Positions 18,453-27,400 of a stretch of 64,000 nt of DNA are shown piece after piece. The stretch covers positions 7,950-71,949 of the forward strand of contig JBNRML010000073.1 of NCBI GenBank assembly GCA_050309585.1, read 5' to 3'. Position 1 is the first letter of the stretch. The number at the start of each line of letters is the position of its first letter. The notes below the pieces were generated by a model. That model was not told where the DNA came from and ran no database searches. It saw only the letters and a list, made by a program, of their open reading frames with translations. The stretch is from Lachnospiraceae bacterium. GTDB lineage: Bacteria > Bacillota > Clostridia > Lachnospirales > Lachnospiraceae. The translations under genes were made by a program, and so were the position numbers.

Positions 18453-19964
18453 TTACCTCTTTTCCGTGACAAATCTCACATTTAATATTTCGTTTCCATG
18501 TATATTTATAATTTCTTCCTCTTCTAAAGGTTCCACATCAAATGTGAGATATTTATACTTCTCTTCCTTAACATTTTTCATAAAGCCCTCTAAAAATGTG
18601 TCTGGCTTCTCCCTGATTTCCATCATATCATAATGTCTCTTCTGACAAATGTGCACCATAAATGAGTAATAATCTGAATTATTGAACACGTTTTCTGAAA
18701 ACCTGCCCTTAAGTTCTTCATTAAACTCATTCACATCAAAGCTTTCCTTTTCGACAAGAAGCTCAAACAATGTATCAAGCATTTTACAGAAGTTTGAATC
18801 TATCCTCTCATCCTGAAGCTCGTCCTCGTATTTAAAGTCAGAATCATAGCTAAGTTTTTTTATTTTTTCTCCATTTTCTTTTTCTTCAGCCTTCAAATTA
18901 AGCATATTATCAATCACGGTAAGAGAAAATGTCTTTTTATTATTTAGCTTTAGAAGCGGTTTAATGAGACTGGAAAGATTTGAAGAATCATCTCTTGCAA
19001 TCATTTCTGACATAATTCTTCTAAAATCAAATCTTGCCTTTATTCTGCCAATCTTTGCCTTATGGACCATTTCATCCACTGTTGACTGAAGATTTGTGCA
19101 GGCAAGCAACAGTTCTGAATGCTTGTTCATCGCCCTGTTTAGCTCCGTCTCCAATTTGTAAATATCCTCCATGGCCTGATAAAATTCCTGATTTCCCTCT
19201 GCTGTCCTAAGCGCCTTTTCGATAAGCTGTTTATTCTTCTCAAAGAGTTTCTGCTCATCATCAAACCATTTTACCGTGGTGTCTATAAATTCTTCATAGG
19301 CCTTTGTCCCCTCGAAAACATTAAAGCTCAATATCCCCAAAATCTCATCCTTTTTGGATATCAGACGGCTCACTTCATTATTTATTCTGGCAACAACTTC
19401 TGTTCCACCCTTGAAATTGTGGTTAGAAATCATTTTACTAAGCAGTACCTGTGCCACGGTTATATTTGATTCATCTTTAACCTCTTTTGTATCCAGATAA
19501 AATTCTATTGCGTCTGAAGTAATGTAATACACCACATTATCTTCTACTATTTTATTATCAATAATCCTTGTCCTAAGCACAGCCTTCTTTTTTGTTACAG
19601 GATTAAAATATTCGTATGTAAATGGTTTACCCTCATTTTTGAGCTTGTCAAAAATAAAGCTCACCAGCTCTTTTTCCTCTTCTTTATTCATTTCAAGTTC
19701 AAAATCACGCCTCAAAAGCTCCCCGCAAAAATCTGCATACTCTTTGTAGGTCACCATTTTTTCCCTGAAATTATTTTCTTCAATAAAAAAGCGTAACACC
19801 GCCATCATGATATATCCCATATCCAGTTTCTCAAAACGTCCGTCCCTGTACTGGGAAAAGGACGTTTCAGTCAACTTAAAAAACGGGTAATATTTCTTGA
19901 TGTTCAGCATACGCTCATTATGATCATAAACTATATCTCTAACTAATGTATATTCCTCGGACAT
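18453..19964 (-). CDS. jetA: Wadjet JetA-like / MksF-like kleisin
   Basis: 503 aa, winged-helix-like N-terminus (YYITSDAIEFYLDTKE) plus helical region; first gene of a translationally coupled trio with an SMC ATPase. Confidence 0.65.
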   Translation of the reverse strand: MSEEYTLVRDIVYDHNERMLNIKKYYPFFKLTETSFSQYRDGRFEKLDMGYIMMAVLRFFIEENNFREKMVTYKEYADFCGELLRRDFELEMNKEEEKELVSFIFDKLKNEGKPFTYEYFNPVTKKKAVLRTRIIDNKIVEDNVVYYITSDAIEFYLDTKEVKDESNITVAQVLLSKMISNHNFKGGTEVVARINNEVSRLISKKDEILGILSFNVFEGTKAYEEFIDTTVKWFDDEQKLFEKNKQLIEKALRTAEGNQEFYQAMEDIYKLETELNRAMNKHSELLLACTNLQSTVDEMVHKAKIGRIKARFDFRRIMSEMIARDDSSNLSSLIKPLLKLNNKKTFSLTVIDNMLNLKAEEKENGEKIKKLSYDSDFKYEDELQDERIDSNFCKMLDTLFELLVEKESFDVNEFNEELKGRFSENVFNNSDYYSFMVHICQKRHYDMMEIREKPDTFLEGFMKNVKEEKYKYLTFDVEPLEEEEIINIHGNEILNVRFVTEKR

Positions 19965-20001
19965 ATATCCTCCATTCCGAATTCCGTTCCGAAGCCTTTT
20001 A

Positions 20002-20250
20002 TTAATTCTGATTTAACGGACACTTTTTCAACTGCTTCATATTGCAGTCCTGAATCGTTCCGCTCTGACAGGTAACTAATTCTCCACGCACGAAACAAAA
20101 ACCGTTTGTTTCATCTATTTTCTTATTAATCGCCTTCTGCTCATCGAGGTAACATTTTCTTACCTGTTTCACATTGCAATCCTGTACTCTTCCTGGAATA
20201 CAGTCCACCAATTCGCCTTTAAAAAAACAAAATGCTTTCTGTTCTGCCAT
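20002..20250 (-). CDS. small Cys-rich protein made of two ~35-aa repeats
   Basis: Two copies of FCFx(K/R)GELVxCxxGxxQDCNxKQxxKCxL; ATG 20250 with GAGG RBS; lies between recR and jetA. Confidence 0.75.
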   Translation of the reverse strand: MAEQKAFCFFKGELVDCIPGRVQDCNVKQVRKCYLDEQKAINKKIDETNGFCFVRGELVTCQSGTIQDCNMKQLKKCPLNQN

Positions 20251-20292
20251 AATAATCCTCATTCCTAACTATAATATCTTTCAACAAAACAC

Positions 20293-20889
20293 CTACATAT
20301 TTACTCTTCCTTCTAAGGCCTTCAAAAGTGTAACCGAATCCACATACTCCAAATCTCCGCCTACCGGCACCCCACTGGCAATTCTTGTAACCTTAATCCC
20401 AGTCGGTTTTAGAAGCTTACTTATGTAAACTGCTGTGGTTTCTCCTTCAAGACTTGAGTTGGTGGACACAATCACCTCATCAACATCCCCCTTAAGTCTC
20501 TCCATAAGCTCTTTGAGCTTTATGTCGTTTGGCCCTATGCCTAACATTGGTGAAATTGCACCGTGTAAAACATGATACACGCCATTATATTGACCTGTTT
20601 TCTCATATGCTGCCAAATCTCTTGTATTTTCAACAACCATAATAGTCTTGTGGTCTCTTTTCTGGCTCTTGCATATAGGACATAATTCTTCGTCTGTAAG
20701 CGTGAAACATTCCTTGCAATATCTCACATTGTTCTTTGCCGAGGTAATGGCTTCTGTCAATGCCTCAACCTGTTCCTTCGGCATGCTTATTATATGAAAA
20801 GCAAGACGACCGGCAGATTTTGCACCAATCCCCGGCAACCTTGAAAACTCTTCTATCAGCTTTGATATGTGACTGCTATAGTAATCCAT
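20293..20889 (-). CDS. recR: recombination mediator RecR
   Basis: [15 protein letters not shown]4 zinc finger CKEC...[19 protein letters not shown]. Confidence 0.97.
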   Translation of the reverse strand: MDYYSSHISKLIEEFSRLPGIGAKSAGRLAFHIISMPKEQVEALTEAITSAKNNVRYCKECFTLTDEELCPICKSQKRDHKTIMVVENTRDLAAYEKTGQYNGVYHVLHGAISPMLGIGPNDIKLKELMERLKGDVDEVIVSTNSSLEGETTAVYISKLLKPTGIKVTRIASGVPVGGDLEYVDSVTLLKALEGRVNM

Positions 20890-20923
20890 CTCTTCCTCCT
20901 AAACAATCTGTCCCAAGGACCTG

Positions 20924-21277
20924 TTAAAATGGAAAACCTCCGCCTAAGCCACCAAGACCTCCTGTGATTTTAGCCATTGACTGCTGTGAAATCTCCTCAA
21001 TTTTTCTAAGTGCTTCATTTGTGGCAGCCATTATCAAATCCTCAAGCATCTCTATATCATCCGGGTCCACAACCTCTTCTGCAAGTTTGACCTTAACAAC
21101 TTCTTTTTTTCCTGAAACAGTAACTTCAACTGCTCCACCACCAGCTGTGGCTGTAACTTCTTTTTCTTCTAATTCCTTTGTTGTCTCTTCCATCTGTCTC
21201 TGCATTTTCTGAGCCTGCTTCATCAGATTATTCATATTTCCAGGCATACCTCCCTGGAATCCTCCTCTTTTTGCCAT
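20924..21277 (-). CDS. ybaB: YbaB/EbfC nucleoid-associated protein
   Basis: [29 protein letters not shown]; canonical dnaX-ybaB-recR order. Confidence 0.96.
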   Translation of the reverse strand: MAKRGGFQGGMPGNMNNLMKQAQKMQRQMEETTKELEEKEVTATAGGGAVEVTVSGKKEVVKVKLAEEVVDPDDIEMLEDLIMAATNEALRKIEEISQQSMAKITGGLGGLGGGFPF

Positions 21278-21280
21278 GTC

Positions 21281-22879
21281 TTAAAAGTCCTCCTCTTCCT
21301 CGTCTTCATCTATATTTTCAATATTAAAATTAATTGACTCAATATTAAGTCCCATATATGACTCTTCATATGCCTGTTCTTTCTTCAGACACCTGAACTC
21401 CAGCGGAACCTCCTTGCCAATCACCCTGGCAATTTCAGCTTTAACCATTTCAATATTCTCTGGCTTATTGTCAATATCCCATTGAATATCATCAGTATAT
21501 ACAACGCATAATGTATGATTTTCATCTATGCTAAGCCTGTTTTTTCTCATCATTATCCCAAGCCTGCCATCAATTCCCCTGGTAATGCTCTGCCAGTTTT
21601 CCGCAACCTTTTGTATTTCCTCCGGAACAGCCATTTCAAGTTTTTTCTCAGTCACATTGTTTGTCATATCTGAAGCAGCCGCTGCCCCAGTGTTTACCAT
21701 CGCGGCACGGTTATCCACTAGTATACCATTTTCCAGTTTTTTTTCAATATTTGCAACACGATTCTTAAGAGATTCGTAGTCTTTTTCCATTGAAGGCTGC
21801 ATAATTTTAATTAATGCGATTTCTATCAATACCCTCTTTTGTGATGAATACTTGATTTGATTTGTAAGCTCTGACAGAATCCGTATATATCGCATTATGG
21901 TGTCTGTCTCAAGATGGTTTGCTTCCTCCTTTAAAGCTTCCAGTCTCTCCGACGACATATCAATAATTTCTTCCGCTTCCTCTGAATTTTTCAGAAGCAG
22001 CATATTTCTAAGATACCATGTCATGTCCACCACAAATTGCGAAAGATCTCTTCCATAACTAATCATTTCCTCTATCAGCTTCATACATTCCACTGTATTT
22101 TCACTGATAATTGCACGAAGCATGTTGCTGAATATTTCAGTATCCACAGCACCCAGGATTTCCAAAACCTTGTCATAGCTTAACTTTTCTCCTATGCTAA
22201 ACGCCTCGCACTGGTCAAGGAGACTCAAGGCATCTCGCATAGAACCGTCAGCGGTCTTCGCAATAAACCTTAATGCCTTATCCTCAACCTCAATGTCCTC
22301 CTTTTCACAAAGCTCCTGCAGTCTGTCCTTTATTACATCCACGGAAATATGCTTAAAATCATATCTCTGACATCTGGACAATATTGTAATCGGAATTTTA
22401 TGTGCTTCTGTGGTTGCAAGAATGAAAATTACATATTTAGGTGGTTCCTCCAATGTCTTTAACAATGCATTAAAAGCACTTGTTGATAACATATGAACCT
22501 CATCCACAATATATACCTTATATTTTCCCTCTGTCGGTCTGTACTGCACTTCCTCCACTATCTGTCTGATGTTCTCAACACCATTATTTGACGCGGCATC
22601 CATCTCAATCACGTTCATTGAAATACCGGCAGAAATAGCTTTACACATGGAACACTCGTTACATGGATTACCATTTACGGGATTTTCACAATTCACCGTT
22701 TTCGCAAATATCTTTGCCACTGTGGTTTTTCCGGTTCCCCTTGTTCCACAGAAAAGATAAGCATGTCCTATTCTGTCAGATATTATCTGATTTTTCAATG
22801 TAGTTGTAATGTGCTCCTGACCTTTTACGTCATCGTATATATCCGGTCTGAATTTCCTGTATAATGCTGTATATGACAT
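21281..22879 (-). CDS. dnaX: DNA polymerase III subunit gamma/tau
   Basis: ALYRKFRP, GTRGTGKTT, DAASNNGV, DEVHMLS, ILSRCQ. Confidence 0.97.
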   Translation of the reverse strand: MSYTALYRKFRPDIYDDVKGQEHITTTLKNQIISDRIGHAYLFCGTRGTGKTTVAKIFAKTVNCENPVNGNPCNECSMCKAISAGISMNVIEMDAASNNGVENIRQIVEEVQYRPTEGKYKVYIVDEVHMLSTSAFNALLKTLEEPPKYVIFILATTEAHKIPITILSRCQRYDFKHISVDVIKDRLQELCEKEDIEVEDKALRFIAKTADGSMRDALSLLDQCEAFSIGEKLSYDKVLEILGAVDTEIFSNMLRAIISENTVECMKLIEEMISYGRDLSQFVVDMTWYLRNMLLLKNSEEAEEIIDMSSERLEALKEEANHLETDTIMRYIRILSELTNQIKYSSQKRVLIEIALIKIMQPSMEKDYESLKNRVANIEKKLENGILVDNRAAMVNTGAAAASDMTNNVTEKKLEMAVPEEIQKVAENWQSITRGIDGRLGIMMRKNRLSIDENHTLCVVYTDDIQWDIDNKPENIEMVKAEIARVIGKEVPLEFRCLKKEQAYEESYMGLNIESINFNIENIDEDEEEEDF

Positions 22880-22883
22880 TTAA

Positions 22884-23954
22884 TTAATCTCCAAAACTGA
22901 TTCCTATCAATTTAGCCTCTTTGATAATAGATGACTCAGGATCAACATATTTGAGTTTTCCTGCCACCTCTTCTAAAGGCACTTTCACTATTTCATTATT
23001 TTTAATACCAACCATATATCCATATTCTTTATTTATAATGAGGTCTGCTGCGGCTGCACCGAATCTTGTGGATAAGACCCTGTCATAAGGGCATGGTGCT
23101 CCACCTCTCTGTGTGTGCCCCGGAATTGTAACCCTGATTTCCTGACCAGTCTTTTTATTAATCTGGTCACCAATTTCATAAGAAATTGAAGGATACACAG
23201 ATTTTGCTCTCTTCTCTTTTAATTTCTTTTTAGAAAGTGCCGCATCCTCTTTAGAAATTGCACCTTCTGCAACAGCAAGAATGGTAAAGTTTTTTCCCTG
23301 CTTTGTCCTCTTATTTATTGCATCGACAATTTTATCAATATCATATGGAATCTCAGGAAGAAGGATGATGTCAGCTCCACTTGCAATACCTGCATGAAGA
23401 GTCATCCATCCAACCTTATGTCCCATAACCTCTACAATAAAGCATCTTCCATGTGATGCTGCCGTAGTGTGTATACAGTCAATTGCACTTGTGGCTATAT
23501 TAACCGCACTCTGGAAACCAAAGGTCATATCAGTTCCATAAATATCATTATCTATTGTCTTTGGACAGGTGACTACATTAAGTCCCTCTTCTCTCAAAAG
23601 ATTTGCCGTCTTATGTGTTCCATTTCCACCCATAATCACAAGACATTCAAGCTTTAACTTCTTGTAAGTGTCTTTCATGAGCTTAACCTTGTCATTCCCC
23701 TTTTCATCAGGTACTCTCATAAGCTTAAAGGGTTGTCTTGATGTACCAATAATTGTACCGCCCTCGGTGAGTATTCCCGAAAAATCCTTTGGCTCAAGTT
23801 TTTTGTAATTTCCATACATAAGCCCTTTATAACCCTCTAAAAATCCATAAATTTCCACATCTTTAACATTTTCATATAAAGATTTTGCAACTCCACGCAT
23901 AGTTGCATTTAAACTCTGACAGTCACCGCCGCTAGTCAACATTCCTACTCTCAT
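22884..23954 (-). CDS. pfkA: 6-phosphofructokinase
   Basis: TSGGDCQSLN, GGTIIGTSR, PKTIDND, VEVMGH, GHTQRGG. Confidence 0.92.
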   Translation of the reverse strand: MRVGMLTSGGDCQSLNATMRGVAKSLYENVKDVEIYGFLEGYKGLMYGNYKKLEPKDFSGILTEGGTIIGTSRQPFKLMRVPDEKGNDKVKLMKDTYKKLKLECLVIMGGNGTHKTANLLREEGLNVVTCPKTIDNDIYGTDMTFGFQSAVNIATSAIDCIHTTAASHGRCFIVEVMGHKVGWMTLHAGIASGADIILLPEIPYDIDKIVDAINKRTKQGKNFTILAVAEGAISKEDAALSKKKLKEKRAKSVYPSISYEIGDQINKKTGQEIRVTIPGHTQRGGAPCPYDRVLSTRFGAAAADLIINKEYGYMVGIKNNEIVKVPLEEVAGKLKYVDPESSIIKEAKLIGISFGD

Positions 23955-24111
23955 AAAAATCCTCCTATTATTTTTTGATTTTTTATCTTATTTTACCGAA
24001 AAACATCTATTATTATTTTACTTAAATAAACCATTTTTATCAACCATTTTCGAGGATTTGCAAAACAAAAAAAATTGCATTGAATAACAACACAATTTTT
24101 ATTATTTTTAA

Positions 24112-24374
24112 TCCGTGCGCTTTGCTTTGTATACAGCCCATAAGCGTTACCTCTATAGTTAACTCAGTCCAGGCTACCTCACGGCACACAGAAGGTTTTG
24201 CTTAGTGCTGCTTCATTCCTGACCTGACACAGTTCACAAATTTCTGTTGCGCAAGACCTAAACGTCATCGCCACTTGTAGAGGGCAGCCCTACAGAATAT
24301 ATCCGAGGCAAAACATCACCCCTGCTAGAGCGGGTTGCAGGTACAGGGCACCGCTATCTCCCCGGCTGCACGGA
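24112..24374 (-). ncRNA. ffs: large bacterial signal recognition particle RNA (scRNA)
   Basis: Minus strand begins ccgtgcagccggggagatagcggtgccctgtacctgcaacccgc (Alu domain), contains gtcaggtcaggaatgaagcagc (helix 8) and ends in gcacgga pairing with the 5' end; upstream of the dnaX cluster as is typical. Confidence 0.95.
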
Positions 24375-24439
24375 AATGTTATGACATTTTAAATCTCAAC
24401 TTTATTTAATTATAATTATTATAGCTAAGTCGTTCCTAA

Positions 24440-24468
24440 AGTATACCTAAAAATAACGTCTTTGTCAA
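24440..24468 (-). promoter_or_regulatory. sigmaA promoter of SRP RNA
   Basis: TTGACA (24468-24463), 17-nt spacer, TATACT (24445-24440). Confidence 0.8.
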
Positions 24469-24485
24469 TTATGGTTTTTCCTCTG

Positions 24486-27400
24486 CTACTTCAACAGCTG
24501 CAAAACCATTTCCTGACTGGCATTTGCCTGGGCAATCACTGACTGTCCAACCTGCTGCAAAATACTCAGTTTTGAGTTTTCTACCATTTCAGAAGCCATA
24601 TCCGTATCTCTGAGACGTGACTCTGCACTCTGGGTATTTTCAGAAGTATTCTGATTTCCAAGAACTACATGCTCAAGTCTGTTTTGAACCGCTCCCATTT
24701 CACTTCTCTTTTCAGAAACCTTATCAAGTGCCTTCTGCAGTCTGGCAAGAGCCTTCTCTGCATACTTAGGTTTTGTGATAACTACGGAATTAATTCCAAG
24801 TTCAACCGTGTTAAGTATCTGTTTTTCAAAAGCCATGCTATCCTGACCTGTTCTTCCATTGCCATTTGCTGACGCAGTTCCACCCTTTCCACTCAACTGA
24901 AGATTTAATGTATGATTCTCATCCTGTGCTGACTGGGTTTCAAAAAATAATACAGACTTTGCAGAACCACTTATATTTCCTATAAAGTGCTTTCCATATT
25001 TCTCATAATACATTTTCAAATATCCGTCATCACTTTTAACCTGGACCGAAGCACCCTGGGCTGTCAATTTATCATTTATTTCCTTAATGATTTCATCACT
25101 AGTATAATCACCCTCATCCAAAACAATGCCATAAGCTGTTCCATCTATTTCAAAATTCAATTGATTATTGGTATTATCAATCTTTACACCACCACTCAAA
25201 TCCTTTGCACCTTTGACATAGGCAGTCTCCATTTTTCCTTCAGACTGATAGAATATTGTAAAGGCCGCACTGCCCCTTACACCATCAATGATGAAATCTC
25301 CCTCTGCCGGTGCATTTACATTTTTATTTTGAATAAGGCATAAAGCATTACTGTCATTTGCACCTGCAACTCCTGTATTTACTCCACCTATTTGAGCTTT
25401 AATAAAGTCTTCATTTATTCCTTTTTTTACCAGCTCTTCATTTATCTTCTCCTGAAGTTCTTTGACCAGGGCATCACCTGAATAATTTCCCGCCGCAATT
25501 GTAACACTTATCTTCTCAACTTTATTCCCATATGTCAAATCAAACTCAAGATTGTCATTAACATTTCTTTCAATTACCATCATCTCATTTTTTATATCTC
25601 TGCGGCCTACGGCAAAAGCTGGACTTAAGGACTGAGTACCTGCTTTATTGCTTACCGACACGGTTGTACTGTACTCCCTGGTATCACAGAGAACATAATA
25701 GTAAAATCCCCCCGAAAAATTTCTCATTGTATTGGTGCTTCCCGGTTTTTTACATTCTATTCTGACACCGTTTGCGTCAACCTTAGCTTCAAGCTTTCCA
25801 CTTCCAACTGCATTATCCAGCAGAGTGTTTAAAGTCGTTTTCAACTCATCAAAGGTATATGACTTTTCCGGAAGTATAATATTAACAAATTTATCTGCTC
25901 CCTGGTCCTTAAATGTAAATCTAAGCTGTTTATTATAGCTGTATATATCGACCGGTGATGTTATGTTCGCTCCGTCAATATATGCATAATCGTTTGAGGA
26001 ATATCCGGCAACAGCAGAAGGCGACACATAATTTATTGTTTCGGTATTACTTTGAAAAGCTCCTCCGTTATTTGACGAAACCTGAATGGTTTTATTGTTG
26101 TCTATCGTCGTAAGCTTTAACTTACCATCTCCCGTCATCTCTGCCGTAACACCCGGAGTCTTTTTTGTGGTAGAACCATACAATGCCTCTGCCGAACTTC
26201 CCATGGAAGTATATGACTGATAAATAGATGAATCTGCACCTTTAGTTGTAGTTGTGTATGTGATTTTTCCTCCATTCAGACTTGCAGTAACCGGCACGTT
26301 GCCATCCCTAAACTTTTGATTTAGCATACTCACAAAACCCGACTGACTATATGATCCATTGTCCAGATCAATATTATATGTGGTTCCGTTTACCTTAATG
26401 TTGTATTTATTTGTGTTATCATCAATCACAACAGGATTTTTTATTGTCAAATTTACTGTTCCCGTAGCCGGAGCCTTCGTATATACATCCCCAAACAGAG
26501 GAATCTCACTTGTCCCACCTTTACCATTCTGGTTTGAATAACTAATACTCACTCCATTACCGACCGCTCCTGATGTAAGAACAAGCTTATTTCCACTGGT
26601 TGATGCTTTGACATCTATTCCCTGTTTTGCTAATTGTGTGTTTAATTCATTTGCAAACGTCTGCGGTGTGTAAGTGTTATTGCTAAGAGTCAGATTAACA
26701 TTCCTTACCATCATTCCATCATTATAGGTAAAACTAAATGTATTGGTAGAATCATCAATCTTAATCGAAGATGCCATATCCTTACTTGAAACAGCTTTTG
26801 CCTGTGTTCTTGTAGTAAATAATTCTCTTAAAAAACTGCCATTATTGTTATTGATGCTAATATAAGTGTATCTACCGTCATACTCTTTTCCGTCTGAACC
26901 TTGTGTTCTCGCTGTAAATACAAGCTGATTGTTTTGGTCAAGAGATACCTTGGCACCTCCATAATATTTTGAAAATGCTTCATCAATTTTTTTCTGAATC
27001 TGATCCCTTAACTTCTCCGGTGTGTATTCCCCTGCATCTAACCTTATCATTTTTTCACTAGGTCCGCTATCTCCTTCAATGGAAATGGCAAATTCGTTAT
27101 TTGAGGAATCAATCACCGTTTTCGCACCCAGAGGTTTTGTAACTGTTACCATTGCCGGGATATTTACAGCCGTTGCCCCCCCTATACCCTGTATAGTATC
27201 TGAAACTCCCGTGTTAGACGCACTAAAAGGGGTTACTGACGTATTTCCGCTTCCATTTATTGTAACCGAGTTTGCCGTGGTGGTTCCATAAACATTCAAA
27301 GCCGTAAATGTATTTGGTATTTTCTCAATCTTTTCAGCAAGCTTTTCATTTATCTTTTCCACAAGTTCATCATGGGTATAGGTTCCACTGTCCAAATTAA

